Positions 53,986 through 61,015 of a stretch of 61,221 bases of DNA are shown here, one piece after another. This DNA comes from a virus. Taxonomy: Duplodnaviria > Caudoviricetes. The position numbers were made by a program, and so were the translations under genes. Every line of letters begins with the position of its first letter. The first letter of the stretch is position 1. Location of the stretch: positions 1 to 61,221 of IMG/VR virus record IMGVR_UViG_3300049790_000015, one strand, 5' to 3'. The notes below the pieces were generated by a model that ran no database searches, was not told the DNA's origin, and was given only the letters and a program-made list of their open reading frames with translations.

Positions 53986-54687
53986 CTACAGGGCGTAGGC
54001 GTGGATCGTGTTCGCGGGCTCGGACAGACCGGCGTCCCAGGCAGCTGGCTTGATCCCGGTCAGCAAACCACGCTGGCCCATCACAAAATGCCACCAGTGC
54101 AACTGAGCGTCGCGGGCATGGACCGAGTTCCCGCACGGCTCGGGTTTCACGCCCATGCTGCGCAGGATCGATTGCTGGGTCGCCTTGATGCTCGGCTGCT
54201 GGTAGAACGGATAGATCGGCACTGCCGGACCACCCCCGTCCGGCAAGGCGCCTCCATTCTCGGCCGCCTGGCTGATCGCGTAGTCGACCTCCAGGTTGTG
54301 GTCCGCGACGAGCCAGCCCATCGCGCCGAGCAGCCGCGCCGTGTGCATCCGCGAGCCGGACTGCTGCATCGCCCGATCGGGGATCAGCACGAAGTCTTCC
54401 ATCACCAGGACGTCCACCCACCCACAGATCGCGAGCGACCGCAGGGTCAGCATCCACGCGGACGGCGTGGTCTCGAACGACACCAGTAGTTCGTCGTCGG
54501 TCACCGCCCCCTGACCGAGCCCGACCCCCGCCGCTACCCCCACGTGATCGTCGCCCGGGTCGACAGCCAACACGCGCTTACCGCCCGTAGCCTTGGCCGC
54601 CTCGACTATGCTTGCCAGCTTGTCAAGCGCCGCGTCAGCCCCCAACACACTCGCCGTGTTCGCCTTGCTACCATCCGCTCTCGGCAT
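53986..54687 (-). CDS. RuvC-like Holliday junction resolvase
   Basis: VLAVDPG..GVA, LVMEDF, HARDA. Confidence 0.7.
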   Translation of the reverse strand: MPRADGSKANTASVLGADAALDKLASIVEAAKATGGKRVLAVDPGDDHVGVAAGVGLGQGAVTDDELLVSFETTPSAWMLTLRSLAICGWVDVLVMEDFVLIPDRAMQQSGSRMHTARLLGAMGWLVADHNLEVDYAISQAAENGGALPDGGGPAVPIYPFYQQPSIKATQQSILRSMGVKPEPCGNSVHARDAQLHWWHFVMGQRGLLTGIKPAAWDAGLSEPANTIHAYAL

Positions 54688-54726
54688 GTCTACTCTCCGT
54701 GTTCTCTCGGTTACTGTTCGTGGGGC

Positions 54727-54823
54727 GTGTAGGCCGAGTACTAGCTGCCGTATGGCGAGGCTTGTACGCGCTATGAGACACCATACGGAACGCAATGCAC
54801 GAGCTACACGCTACGGGGAGTGA
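54727..54823. repeat. Palindromic ~100-bp element, copy 2
   Basis: 29-nt perfect inverted match and 24-nt direct match to 23292-23388. Confidence 0.8.
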
Positions 54824-54826
54824 TCG

Positions 54827-54864
54827 GGCGATTACTCGGCTCGTGGTGACTCCGAGTAATCGCC
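54827..54864. terminator. Hairpin after the DUF2637-like gene
   Basis: ggcgattactcgg..ccgagtaatcgcc. Confidence 0.55.
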
Positions 54865-54879
54865 GGTCGCCTCTCGTTC

Positions 54880-55980
54880 CTACTGCTCCAGCATCCGCAG
54901 GTTGTCCCGCCAGCGGCGGGCCGACTTGCGGGCCGTGTCGATCTCGGACGTCCGGACGATCCCGCGCTCCATCGCGAGCCGGGCGAGGTCGCTCACCGTC
55001 ATGGTTCCCGTGACAACCGCCCGGATCTCGGTCTCCAGCTCCGCAGGGTAGCTGCGCCCGGGGGTGCTGGCGCGGCGCGGCAGGGCCGTGACGGTACTCC
55101 GCTGGCCCTCCGTCGAATCGGAGCCCCCGCCCGGGTACTCTCGGGGGGGTGCGGGCTCGTCGCTGTCCAGGAGGACCGTGGCGACGATCGGCGGCTCGGT
55201 TTCCGCCGGAGCCTCCTGGACCTCGCTGCGTTCGATGGAGATGGTCCGGCTGTCGACCGTGCGCACGACCACCGGGGCGGCCGGAATCGCCGTGATCGCG
55301 GAAACCGGGCGGGTCGCCTCGACCTCCAGCTCGCGGGGGTTGGGCGAGTCGAGCAGCGGCAGCGGGTCAGTGATCGCGAGGCCCGCCGCGCGCCATTCGG
55401 TGACCGCCCAGCGTCCGGCGAACACAACCCTCAGGACGCGGAGCGCCGGAGGCGCGACCTCGGCAGGCAGCCCGCGCTGGATCCGCACCCGAAGCCGGAT
55501 CTCGGCCAGGACCAGGTGGAACAGCCACATCAGGATCAGCGGCACCATGGCGGCCACGATCACGGCCGAGATGCCGCCGTCGCGGAGGTAGGCGCCCAGG
55601 CCGTTGGTCGAGGCGGATACCAGATTGATCGCGAACGAGAACATCCGGGCGGACGAGGACGCGCGGCCGGACAGCGAGATCGCGGTTGCGAGCAGAGCCG
55701 CCGCGAACATCGAGCCGTCCACGATCGCGGGCAGCGCGGCCGGTACCTCGAAGCCGAGATGGGTGGCCAGCCGCGCCTGCTCGGCGCACAGCCACGCGAC
55801 GCCGAGTCCCCACAGGGCGCCGATGATGCCGATGGCGACCCAGATGAGCCAGTGGACCTTGCCGGTGTCGACGACCTGCCGCGAGGCAAGCAGCCGAGCC
55901 CGCTGGTCGATTTCCACGCGCCGCGCCTCGTTTGCGGCCCGTCGTGCCTCCTTACTGGCCGGTTGGCCCTTTCCGAACAT
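54880..55980 (-). CDS. DUF2637/Spd-like multi-TM protein with C-terminal helix-turn-helix-like end
   Basis: About four TM helices; LPAIVDG, SASTN, AAMVPL pattern typical of actinomycete plasmid/AICE proteins. Confidence 0.65.
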   Translation of the reverse strand: MFGKGQPASKEARRAANEARRVEIDQRARLLASRQVVDTGKVHWLIWVAIGIIGALWGLGVAWLCAEQARLATHLGFEVPAALPAIVDGSMFAAALLATAISLSGRASSSARMFSFAINLVSASTNGLGAYLRDGGISAVIVAAMVPLILMWLFHLVLAEIRLRVRIQRGLPAEVAPPALRVLRVVFAGRWAVTEWRAAGLAITDPLPLLDSPNPRELEVEATRPVSAITAIPAAPVVVRTVDSRTISIERSEVQEAPAETEPPIVATVLLDSDEPAPPREYPGGGSDSTEGQRSTVTALPRRASTPGRSYPAELETEIRAVVTGTMTVSDLARLAMERGIVRTSEIDTARKSARRWRDNLRMLEQ

Positions 55981-56018
55981 CGCAGTCTCCTCTCACGGGC
56001 GCCCACCGTCGGGCGTCG

Positions 56019-56055
56019 GTAATTCCATTAAATCAGGTCCGTGCCCCCGAGTCAA
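56019..56055 (-). promoter_or_regulatory. Family A promoter
   Basis: TTGACT-cgggGGCACGGacctga-TTTAAT. Confidence 0.8.
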
Positions 56056-56091
56056 GTAGCGTCCGTCACATAACGGGCGCGAACCTCGTAC

Positions 56092-56129
56092 TTGACGTCG
56101 GGACACGGGCATGGTTAACTGGTCTTAGT
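56092..56129 (+). promoter_or_regulatory. Family A promoter (divergent)
   Basis: TTGACG-tcgggaCACGGgcatgg-TTAACT. Confidence 0.75.
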
Positions 56130-56164
56130 CGCCCGGCAGGCGGGCGCGACGAGAGGAACACAGC

Positions 56165-56308
56165 ATGGCGGACAAGCAGCCGAAGCGGACCGAGGGCACG
56201 CCCACGGGCGGCACGGCCGCCGGTTGGGGCAGCCAGACCGGCCAGCCAGCCGACTCGGACGGCTCGCGGGACCTGGTCCCGGGCGAGCACACCAGCGGCG
56301 CGCGGTAG
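56165..56308 (+). CDS. Small hydrophilic protein, 47 aa (not in ORF track)
   Basis: GAGAGGA RBS after the promoter. Confidence 0.6.
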   Translation: MADKQPKRTEGTPTGGTAAGWGSQTGQPADSDGSRDLVPGEHTSGAR

Positions 56309-56408
56309 GCCCAACTCCCATCCAACGGGGGCGGGTTCCTTCGGGGGCTCGCCCCCCTGGCATGTCCGAACATTCCCGCGCTCAAATCATCAGTGCTGCG
56401 CTCATCTT

Positions 56409-57059
56409 ATGACCACCGAAACCGAGCCCGCGCCGGACGGCGCCCAGGCTCCGCCCTCGATGCCCGCCCGGTTCCAGACCATCGTGGCCGACCCGCCGTG
56501 GCCGGTTTCGACCGTCGGCAACGGGAAGTACATGGAATATCCGCTGATGCCGTACGACTGGATCAAGGCGCTCCCGGTCGCGGACATCGCCGAGGACAAC
56601 GCCCACCTGTACATCTGGACGATCAACGCGGCGATCCCGCAAACATACGCGACGGCGATCGCGTGGGGTTTCCAGCCGAGCCAGCTCCTGACGTGGGGCA
56701 AGCCACCGCACGGGTCCGGGCTCGGCGGGGTGTTCGTCTCGACCTCCGAGTACATCCTGTTCTGTCGTCGCGGAAAGTCGGTCCACAAGGCGCGGGCGCT
56801 GTCGACCTGGTACGAGTGGCCGCGCCAGAAGCGACACAGCGAGAAGCCGCGCGAGTTCTATGACCTGGTCGAGAAGGTGAGCCCGGGTCCGTATGCCGAG
56901 CTGTTCGCGCGGACCGAGCGGCCAGGGTGGTTCGGTTGGGGCGACGATGACGGCCTGATGGCCCGGATCGGCATGCCGGCTCCGAGCCGCCAGGAGATCC
57001 GCGCCGCTCGCGTCCTGGAGGAGCAGGCCGCGTCCGGGAACATCGAGGTGACGGAATGA
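56409..57059 (+). CDS. MT-A70 family N6-adenine methyltransferase
   Basis: IVADPPW, LYIWT, SEYILF..RG, HSEKP, ELFAR..RPGW. Confidence 0.9.
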   Translation: MTTETEPAPDGAQAPPSMPARFQTIVADPPWPVSTVGNGKYMEYPLMPYDWIKALPVADIAEDNAHLYIWTINAAIPQTYATAIAWGFQPSQLLTWGKPPHGSGLGGVFVSTSEYILFCRRGKSVHKARALSTWYEWPRQKRHSEKPREFYDLVEKVSPGPYAELFARTERPGWFGWGDDDGLMARIGMPAPSRQEIRAARVLEEQAASGNIEVTE

Positions 57060-57511
57060 CCGCGCCCTATCAGCCGTGGCCGCCTATGCCGAAGCCGCCT
57101 CGACGTCGGGGTCGGCTCGTGGCGCTGATCGCGGCGGGGGTGTTCATCGGGGTTCTTGCCGTTTCCTGCATGGCGTCTGCGATGGACACCAGCGCCGATC
57201 CGTCGGGCTCGGTCGCGACCGCCGGTATCGACATCCCGAGGCAGAGTACGGCGCCCGCGTCGGCCACTTCAACCAGCGCCAGCCCGACATCCGCGTTCGT
57301 AATCGCGGACTACACCGGGAGGAGCCTGCTCGACGCATTTGGGGACCTCGACAAGGCGGGCATGGCGGTGGATCAGATCGACGCGTCGGGGCAGGGTCGT
57401 GCCGTCCTGTGGGCGCCGCATTGGCGGGTGGTCCGTCAGGAGCCCGCCCCGGGTACGATCATGAAGCCGGGCGACAAGGCCGCATTCTACGTCGTCCAGA
57501 CCGACGAATAA
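57056..57511 (+). CDS. Membrane-anchored PASTA-domain protein
   Basis: TM helix, Ser/Thr linker, DYTGRSL..A..L..AG...VVRQEPAPG. Confidence 0.65.
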   Translation: MTAPYQPWPPMPKPPRRRGRLVALIAAGVFIGVLAVSCMASAMDTSADPSGSVATAGIDIPRQSTAPASATSTSASPTSAFVIADYTGRSLLDAFGDLDKAGMAVDQIDASGQGRAVLWAPHWRVVRQEPAPGTIMKPGDKAAFYVVQTDE

Positions 57512-57521
57512 GGGAGGCAAG

Positions 57522-57830
57522 GTGAAGAAGCCCACCACGGGACGGAGCCGGCTTTCGGGCAGGCTCGGCGCGTCGATGGAAGGGAAGGCGATCAACGCGC
57601 TTCGGGTCCGGCCGGCCATGATCCACGAGAACCGGCCGCTCCTGCGCGGGAAGCCCGGACACTCCCGGGTCGGCTCGGACGCGGTGATCTATCGGAAAAC
57701 CGAGACAGCCGAGGTCGGCACCCACCGGAGCGGCCGGACTCGACGTCGGGAGCGCCCCCGCTGGGCGCGTACTCCGGAGTCGACCGCGCGGCACCTCGCC
57801 AGGAACTTGGCCACCCTGCAGAACGTCTGA
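57522..57830 (+). CDS. Basic hypothetical protein
   Basis: GGAGG RBS; followed by a hairpin at 57844-57879. Confidence 0.55.
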   Translation: MKKPTTGRSRLSGRLGASMEGKAINALRVRPAMIHENRPLLRGKPGHSRVGSDAVIYRKTETAEVGTHRSGRTRRRERPRWARTPESTARHLARNLATLQNV

Positions 57831-57892
57831 CCTCGGGCAAGCCGACGCCCCGGTCTCCCTCCTCGGGAGCCGGGGCGTCTGCGTGTTTCCGG

Positions 57893-58090
57893 TCAGACCC
57901 GACGCAGCCGGTTGACGTGGACCACGGCGGGCGCCTTGCTGTCGTCCTGCGCGAGGTGGACGCGGGCACTCAGCTTGTCCAGGTAGACGGCCGTGACGAT
58001 CACGTCAGCCGGGCCGTTCGCCGAGCCGGCCGTGGTCAGCTTCGCGGCGAACGGGACGTTCTGCGCGTCGGCTGGGATCAGGGCTCGCAT
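57893..58090 (-). CDS. Hypothetical protein, 65 aa
   Basis: GAGAGGAG RBS; own promoter. Confidence 0.7.
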   Translation of the reverse strand: MRALIPADAQNVPFAAKLTTAGSANGPADVIVTAVYLDKLSARVHLAQDDSKAPAVVHVNRLRRV

Positions 58091-58125
58091 TTTGTGCTCC
58101 TCTCGACGGGCCGCCCCTCGCGGCC

Positions 58126-58162
58126 GTAATTTTATTAAACCATGGCCATGCCTCGACGTCAA
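58126..58162 (-). promoter_or_regulatory. Family A promoter
   Basis: TTGACG-tcgaGGCAtGGCCATGG-TTTAAT. Confidence 0.85.
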
Positions 58163-58407
58163 GTCCAACGTCCGGACACAGCGAGGCCCGCCCGCCAGGT
58201 TCCACGCCGCGCGAGAGGAGGAGCGCGGCCCGTTCCCTAACGGGCGGGTCTCGGTCGTGCGCCTGCGCGCCATGGCGCTTGGGTCGGCCCGCACGGCGGG
58301 AGGTCGACCGACAGGCCACAGGCTCGGCCTGTTGCACGGAGCCGACTCGGCGGGGGACCGAGCCGGCCTTCGCTCCGCCACTGGGAGCCGGGCGCCGTGC
58401 CGCCCTC

Positions 58408-58500
58408 GTGGGTGGGCGGGATTCGAACCCGCGACCAGGAGTCGGCACCCTTGCGGGCGGGTACCATCCGCTCCTTGCTCTGCCTCTGAGCTACCACCCT
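58408..58500 (-). ncRNA. tRNA-like RNA with canonical D and T arms but an extended, anticodon-less arm
   Basis: GGGTGG TA GCTC-AGAGGCA-GAGC A AGGAG-[29 nt hairpin]-CTCCT GGTC GCGGG-TTCGAAT-CCCGC CCACCC ACGA. Confidence 0.7.
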
Positions 58501-58641
58501 CCGCGTGGGGCTACGCCGGGGTCCGGGTGCCCCTACTGCGCGCCTACCTCGCGGTTGCACGGGATTCGGGGAACCTTTGGTCGAGTCGGGGCGGGCCGAC
58601 CTGCGGAACGCCCCTCGACCTCGCTGCCGTGCCAGCGATCG

Positions 58642-58787
58642 TGCGTGGCCAGGGCTCGAACCTGGCCCCCTGCTCGGGCAGTACGCGGAACGAGCGTTCG
58701 GCCCCCTGCCGGGGGTTGCGCGCCCTGATGCCGCCTCTTAGCCGGAGCCCCGGGGTGACCTGCCGCCCTGCCGGGCGGCCCCCACGC
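58642..58787 (-). ncRNA. Second tRNA-like RNA with a ~90-nt insert replacing the anticodon arm
   Basis: GCGTGG/CCACGC acceptor; CCGCCC-GGCA-GGGCGG hairpin; T arm CCAGG-TTCGAGC-CCTGG; 3' ACGA. Confidence 0.55.
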
Positions 58788-58899
58788 GGTCTTGCCTTAC
58801 CTTGCGCAGGTCGCCCCCCACAGTGCCCGAGCCACCCGTCGGCAGCTCGGTCCCCGAGCGTCCCCGCGCCCGACCGAGTCGGACGTGCGGGGGGTCCCC

Positions 58900-58974
58900 T
58901 GGTAGCGGCGACGGGGGTCGAACCCGCGTCTCTGGCTTGAGAGGCCAGCGAACGTTCCTCTGTTCCACGCCGCT
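58900..58974 (-). tRNA. tRNA-Glu (CTC)
   Basis: AGCGGCG/CGCCGCT acceptor; GAAC/GTTC D stem; CTGGC-CTCTCAA-GCCAG; TTCGA T loop; encoded ACCA. Confidence 0.92.
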
Positions 58975-59096
58975 ATATGGTTGGTGGTAGGTCCCGGGCG
59001 GGCGAGTCGCCGCGCCCGGGGTTGTAGGGTGGCCGCCTCGGCAGCCCTGACCTCGTAGGGTGCGCCGCGCACGGCGCCTGTCTCGTGTTCCAGCGC

Positions 59097-59208
59097 GGGG
59101 GGCGGCTCCGCTCGCCTGTCAGGCGTTCCCTTGGGGCCAGGCGTTCCGGGCGTTAGCTCCGGCTGGGCGTTCCCCTCGGGCTGGGCCAGGGCGGTTGACC
59201 CGCCCCCC
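59097..59208 (-). ncRNA. Candidate structured RNA with three hairpin-AACGC units
   Basis: 5' GGGGGGCGG can pair with 3' CCGCCCCCC; begins right after a strong promoter; no RBS or ORF. Confidence 0.45.
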
Positions 59209-59212
59209 TTGC

Positions 59213-59251
59213 TGTATCTCTATTGTATCACGGGCCTTGCCCCCGTGTCAA
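59213..59251 (-). promoter_or_regulatory. Strong family A promoter driving the ncRNA/tRNA cluster
   Basis: TTGACA-N18(..gtga)-TACAAT. Confidence 0.85.
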
Positions 59252-59254
59252 GCC

Positions 59255-59397
59255 CCCCGTGGTGGCGGGTCTTGGTCGATCTTCCAAGCCGGATTTATTG
59301 TTAACGCAGGGCCGGTCCCCTGCTATTTAGTTGAGAAAGAGCCCCCGTGTGGAGCGGGCCAGACGTTCCCTTTCGGGCTGGACCCCCGCTCCCCTGC
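59255..59397 (-). ncRNA. Candidate small RNA cassette (promoter without ORF)
   Basis: GGAGCGGG..CCAG-CCC-GAAA-GGG-AACGT-CTGG-CCCGCTCC hairpin; no SD/ATG. Confidence 0.45.
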
Positions 59398-59398
59398 G

Positions 59399-59436
59399 GT
59401 AATTTTATTAAATCACATCCCGTGCCCCCGAGTCAA
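59399..59436 (-). promoter_or_regulatory. Family A promoter
   Basis: TTGACT-cgggGGCACGGgatgtga-TTTAAT. Confidence 0.85.
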
Positions 59437-59464
59437 GTACCCGGGCGATGTGATCTGCGCCACA

Positions 59465-59773
59465 TCAGGCGTAGCTCGGGCCGCGCGCCGCCATCGCGTC
59501 GACCCACGCCGAGCCGGCCTGGGTCTTCGCGTTCGAATGCGCAGGCTGCGCGAGGTCGAGTGCCGTAGCGACCGCCCGCGAGCGGAGCAGCAACGTGGCA
59601 GCCACGCCCTGGCGACGCCACGCGGGGAGCACGCGAACCATCGCGATCTCGCCCGTCTTCGGGTCCCAACGCAGGTAGCCGATGCGGTCACCCGCGCCCG
59701 TGTACGCAGCAAGCTCGTGGACGAACGGGCCGTGTCGGAGATCGAGCCGCGCCTGCTTGACCCGGAACTCCAT
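59465..59773 (-). CDS. GNAT-family acetyltransferase-like protein
   Basis: VRVLPAWRRQGVAATLL (GNAT motif A); AAGGAG RBS. Confidence 0.7.
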   Translation of the reverse strand: MEFRVKQARLDLRHGPFVHELAAYTGAGDRIGYLRWDPKTGEIAMVRVLPAWRRQGVAATLLLRSRAVATALDLAQPAHSNAKTQAGSAWVDAMAARGPSYA

Positions 59774-59812
59774 CTCGGTCTCCTTTCGCGGCGGGCGCCC
59801 CCTGGCGCTCGA

Positions 59813-59851
59813 TGTACCTCCATTTTATCACACGGCTTGCCCCCCTGGCAA
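59813..59851 (-). promoter_or_regulatory. Family A promoter
   Basis: TTGCCA-N18(..gtga)-TAAAAT. Confidence 0.8.
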
Positions 59852-59878
59852 GTAGCACCAGGGGGGCGGCTGGCTCGG

Positions 59879-60157
59879 CTACCGAGCCCGCGCGGCGACC
59901 ATGTCATCCGTGCGGTAGAAGAACACCGCGTCGCCACCGAGCGCCTTGCAGAACGGCGTGTCCGCGTACTCTGCGTCACCGTCGGTCACGTAGCCGTCCA
60001 TGACCCGGACCACGGCCGCGAGCGTCTCGCCGAACTCGCGCGGCGGGACGACCACGATGGCCAGGATGAGGAAGGTCGCGAACGGACCCTCGATGACGTC
60101 GTGGCCGTTGCCGAGCAGGAACCGGGCCGCGATCCGGGGGCTGTCGACGACCTGCAT
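59879..60157 (-). CDS. Hypothetical protein, 92 aa
   Basis: GAGAGGAG RBS; own promoter. Confidence 0.7.
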   Translation of the reverse strand: MQVVDSPRIAARFLLGNGHDVIEGPFATFLILAIVVVPPREFGETLAAVVRVMDGYVTDGDAEYADTPFCKALGGDAVFFYRTDDMVAARAR

Positions 60158-60197
60158 TTTGGTTCTCCTCTCGTGGGGGCGGGTTCCCTGCCCGCCC

Positions 60198-60235
60198 TGT
60201 ACTTCTATTAAACCATAGCCGTGCCCGCGAGGCAA
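60198..60235 (-). promoter_or_regulatory. Family A promoter
   Basis: TTGCCT-cgcgGGCACGGctATGG-TTTAAT. Confidence 0.85.
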
Positions 60236-60264
60236 GTAGCACTAGGGGGGCGAGCCGAGCCGGC

Positions 60265-60537
60265 TTACTCCTCGATGGTGGCCTCGACCGTGACGTGGTC
60301 GGCCGTGTGGTAGTAGAGCTGGCCGGTCTCGCGGGCCGCCTCGACGTCGGACGTCGGCAGCTCGACCAACCAGAGCCCGGGGGCGCTGCCCTCCTCGATC
60401 TCCAGCTCGCCGGCAAGCGTGCCGGTCGCGTCGGCCAGCGCAGACCGCGCCTCGAAGATGGTCGCGATCGCGTTGCTCGGGAACGGCGCGTTCTCGCGGT
60501 ACATCTCGACCTCGACGCCCTTGATGGTGTCCTGCAT
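60265..60537 (-). CDS. Acidic hypothetical protein, probable paralogue of 6217-6453
   Basis: MQD start; WLVELPTS. Confidence 0.75.
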   Translation of the reverse strand: MQDTIKGVEVEMYRENAPFPSNAIATIFEARSALADATGTLAGELEIEEGSAPGLWLVELPTSDVEAARETGQLYYHTADHVTVEATIEE

Positions 60538-60577
60538 TTTAGTTCCTCTCTCGCGGAGGCGGGTCCCCTGGCCGCCC

Positions 60578-60615
60578 TGTATTTCTATTAAACCATGGCC
60601 GTGCCTGGTTGTCAA
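60578..60615 (-). promoter_or_regulatory. Family A promoter
   Basis: TTGACA-accaGGCACGGCCATGG-TTTAAT. Confidence 0.85.
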
Positions 60616-60680
60616 GCCGGGCCCCGGACACAGGCGAGCCCCCACCCCGGTCTCCCGGTTTGGGGGCTCTCCTGCCTCGG

Positions 60681-60875
60681 TCAGGGGGCCGTCTCGCTGT
60701 CGATGTGCGCGAGGATCGCGTCCCGGTCGTCGCGGTTCCCGAGCATCCGGGTCACCTCGGCGAGGATCTTGGCCAGCGCGTCCGCGTCCTGGCCGTTGGC
60801 GCCCTCGGTGGAGCCCCACTCCTCGATGTCGCTGGCGATCTCGTCCGCGCTGCGCCCGGTGCTCTCGTCCGCCAT
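60681..60875 (-). CDS. Acidic hypothetical protein, 64 aa
   Basis: GAGAGGGAG RBS; own promoter. Confidence 0.7.
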   Translation of the reverse strand: MADESTGRSADEIASDIEEWGSTEGANGQDADALAKILAEVTRMLGNRDDRDAILAHIDSETAP

Positions 60876-60912
60876 TTTCGTCTCCCTCTCTCGCAGGGCG
60901 CCCCCGCCCTGG

Positions 60913-60950
60913 TGTAATTCCATTAAATCATAGCCGTGCCCGCGAGGCAA
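60913..60950 (-). promoter_or_regulatory. Family A promoter
   Basis: TTGCCT-cgcgGGCACGGctATGa-TTTAAT. Confidence 0.85.
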
Positions 60951-61015
60951 GTTCCCGGCTCGTGTGACCTGAAACACAGCGGCGCCCCCGACCCGAGAGC
61001 CAGGGGGCGCTGCGT

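Noticed and set aside
375-54235. Family B repeats as a CRISPR array or MITE
   Set aside because: Copies are kilobases apart and embedded in coding frames, with no regular spacers or target-site duplications.
58642-58787. tmRNA or Y RNA identity for the second tRNA-like element
   Set aside because: Too short for tmRNA, with no G3-U70 alanine determinant, CCA or tag ORF. No Ro60 gene was seen and the topology differs from YrlA.
58790-58899. HDV-like (theta) ribozyme in the tRNA-Glu trailer
   Set aside because: I could not fit the nested double pseudoknot by eye; a descriptor search would be needed.
57993-60211. Plus-strand ORFs 57993-58940 and 59060-60211
   Set aside because: Arg/Pro/Gly-rich with no RBS, and antisense to the tRNA, promoters and credible minus-strand genes.
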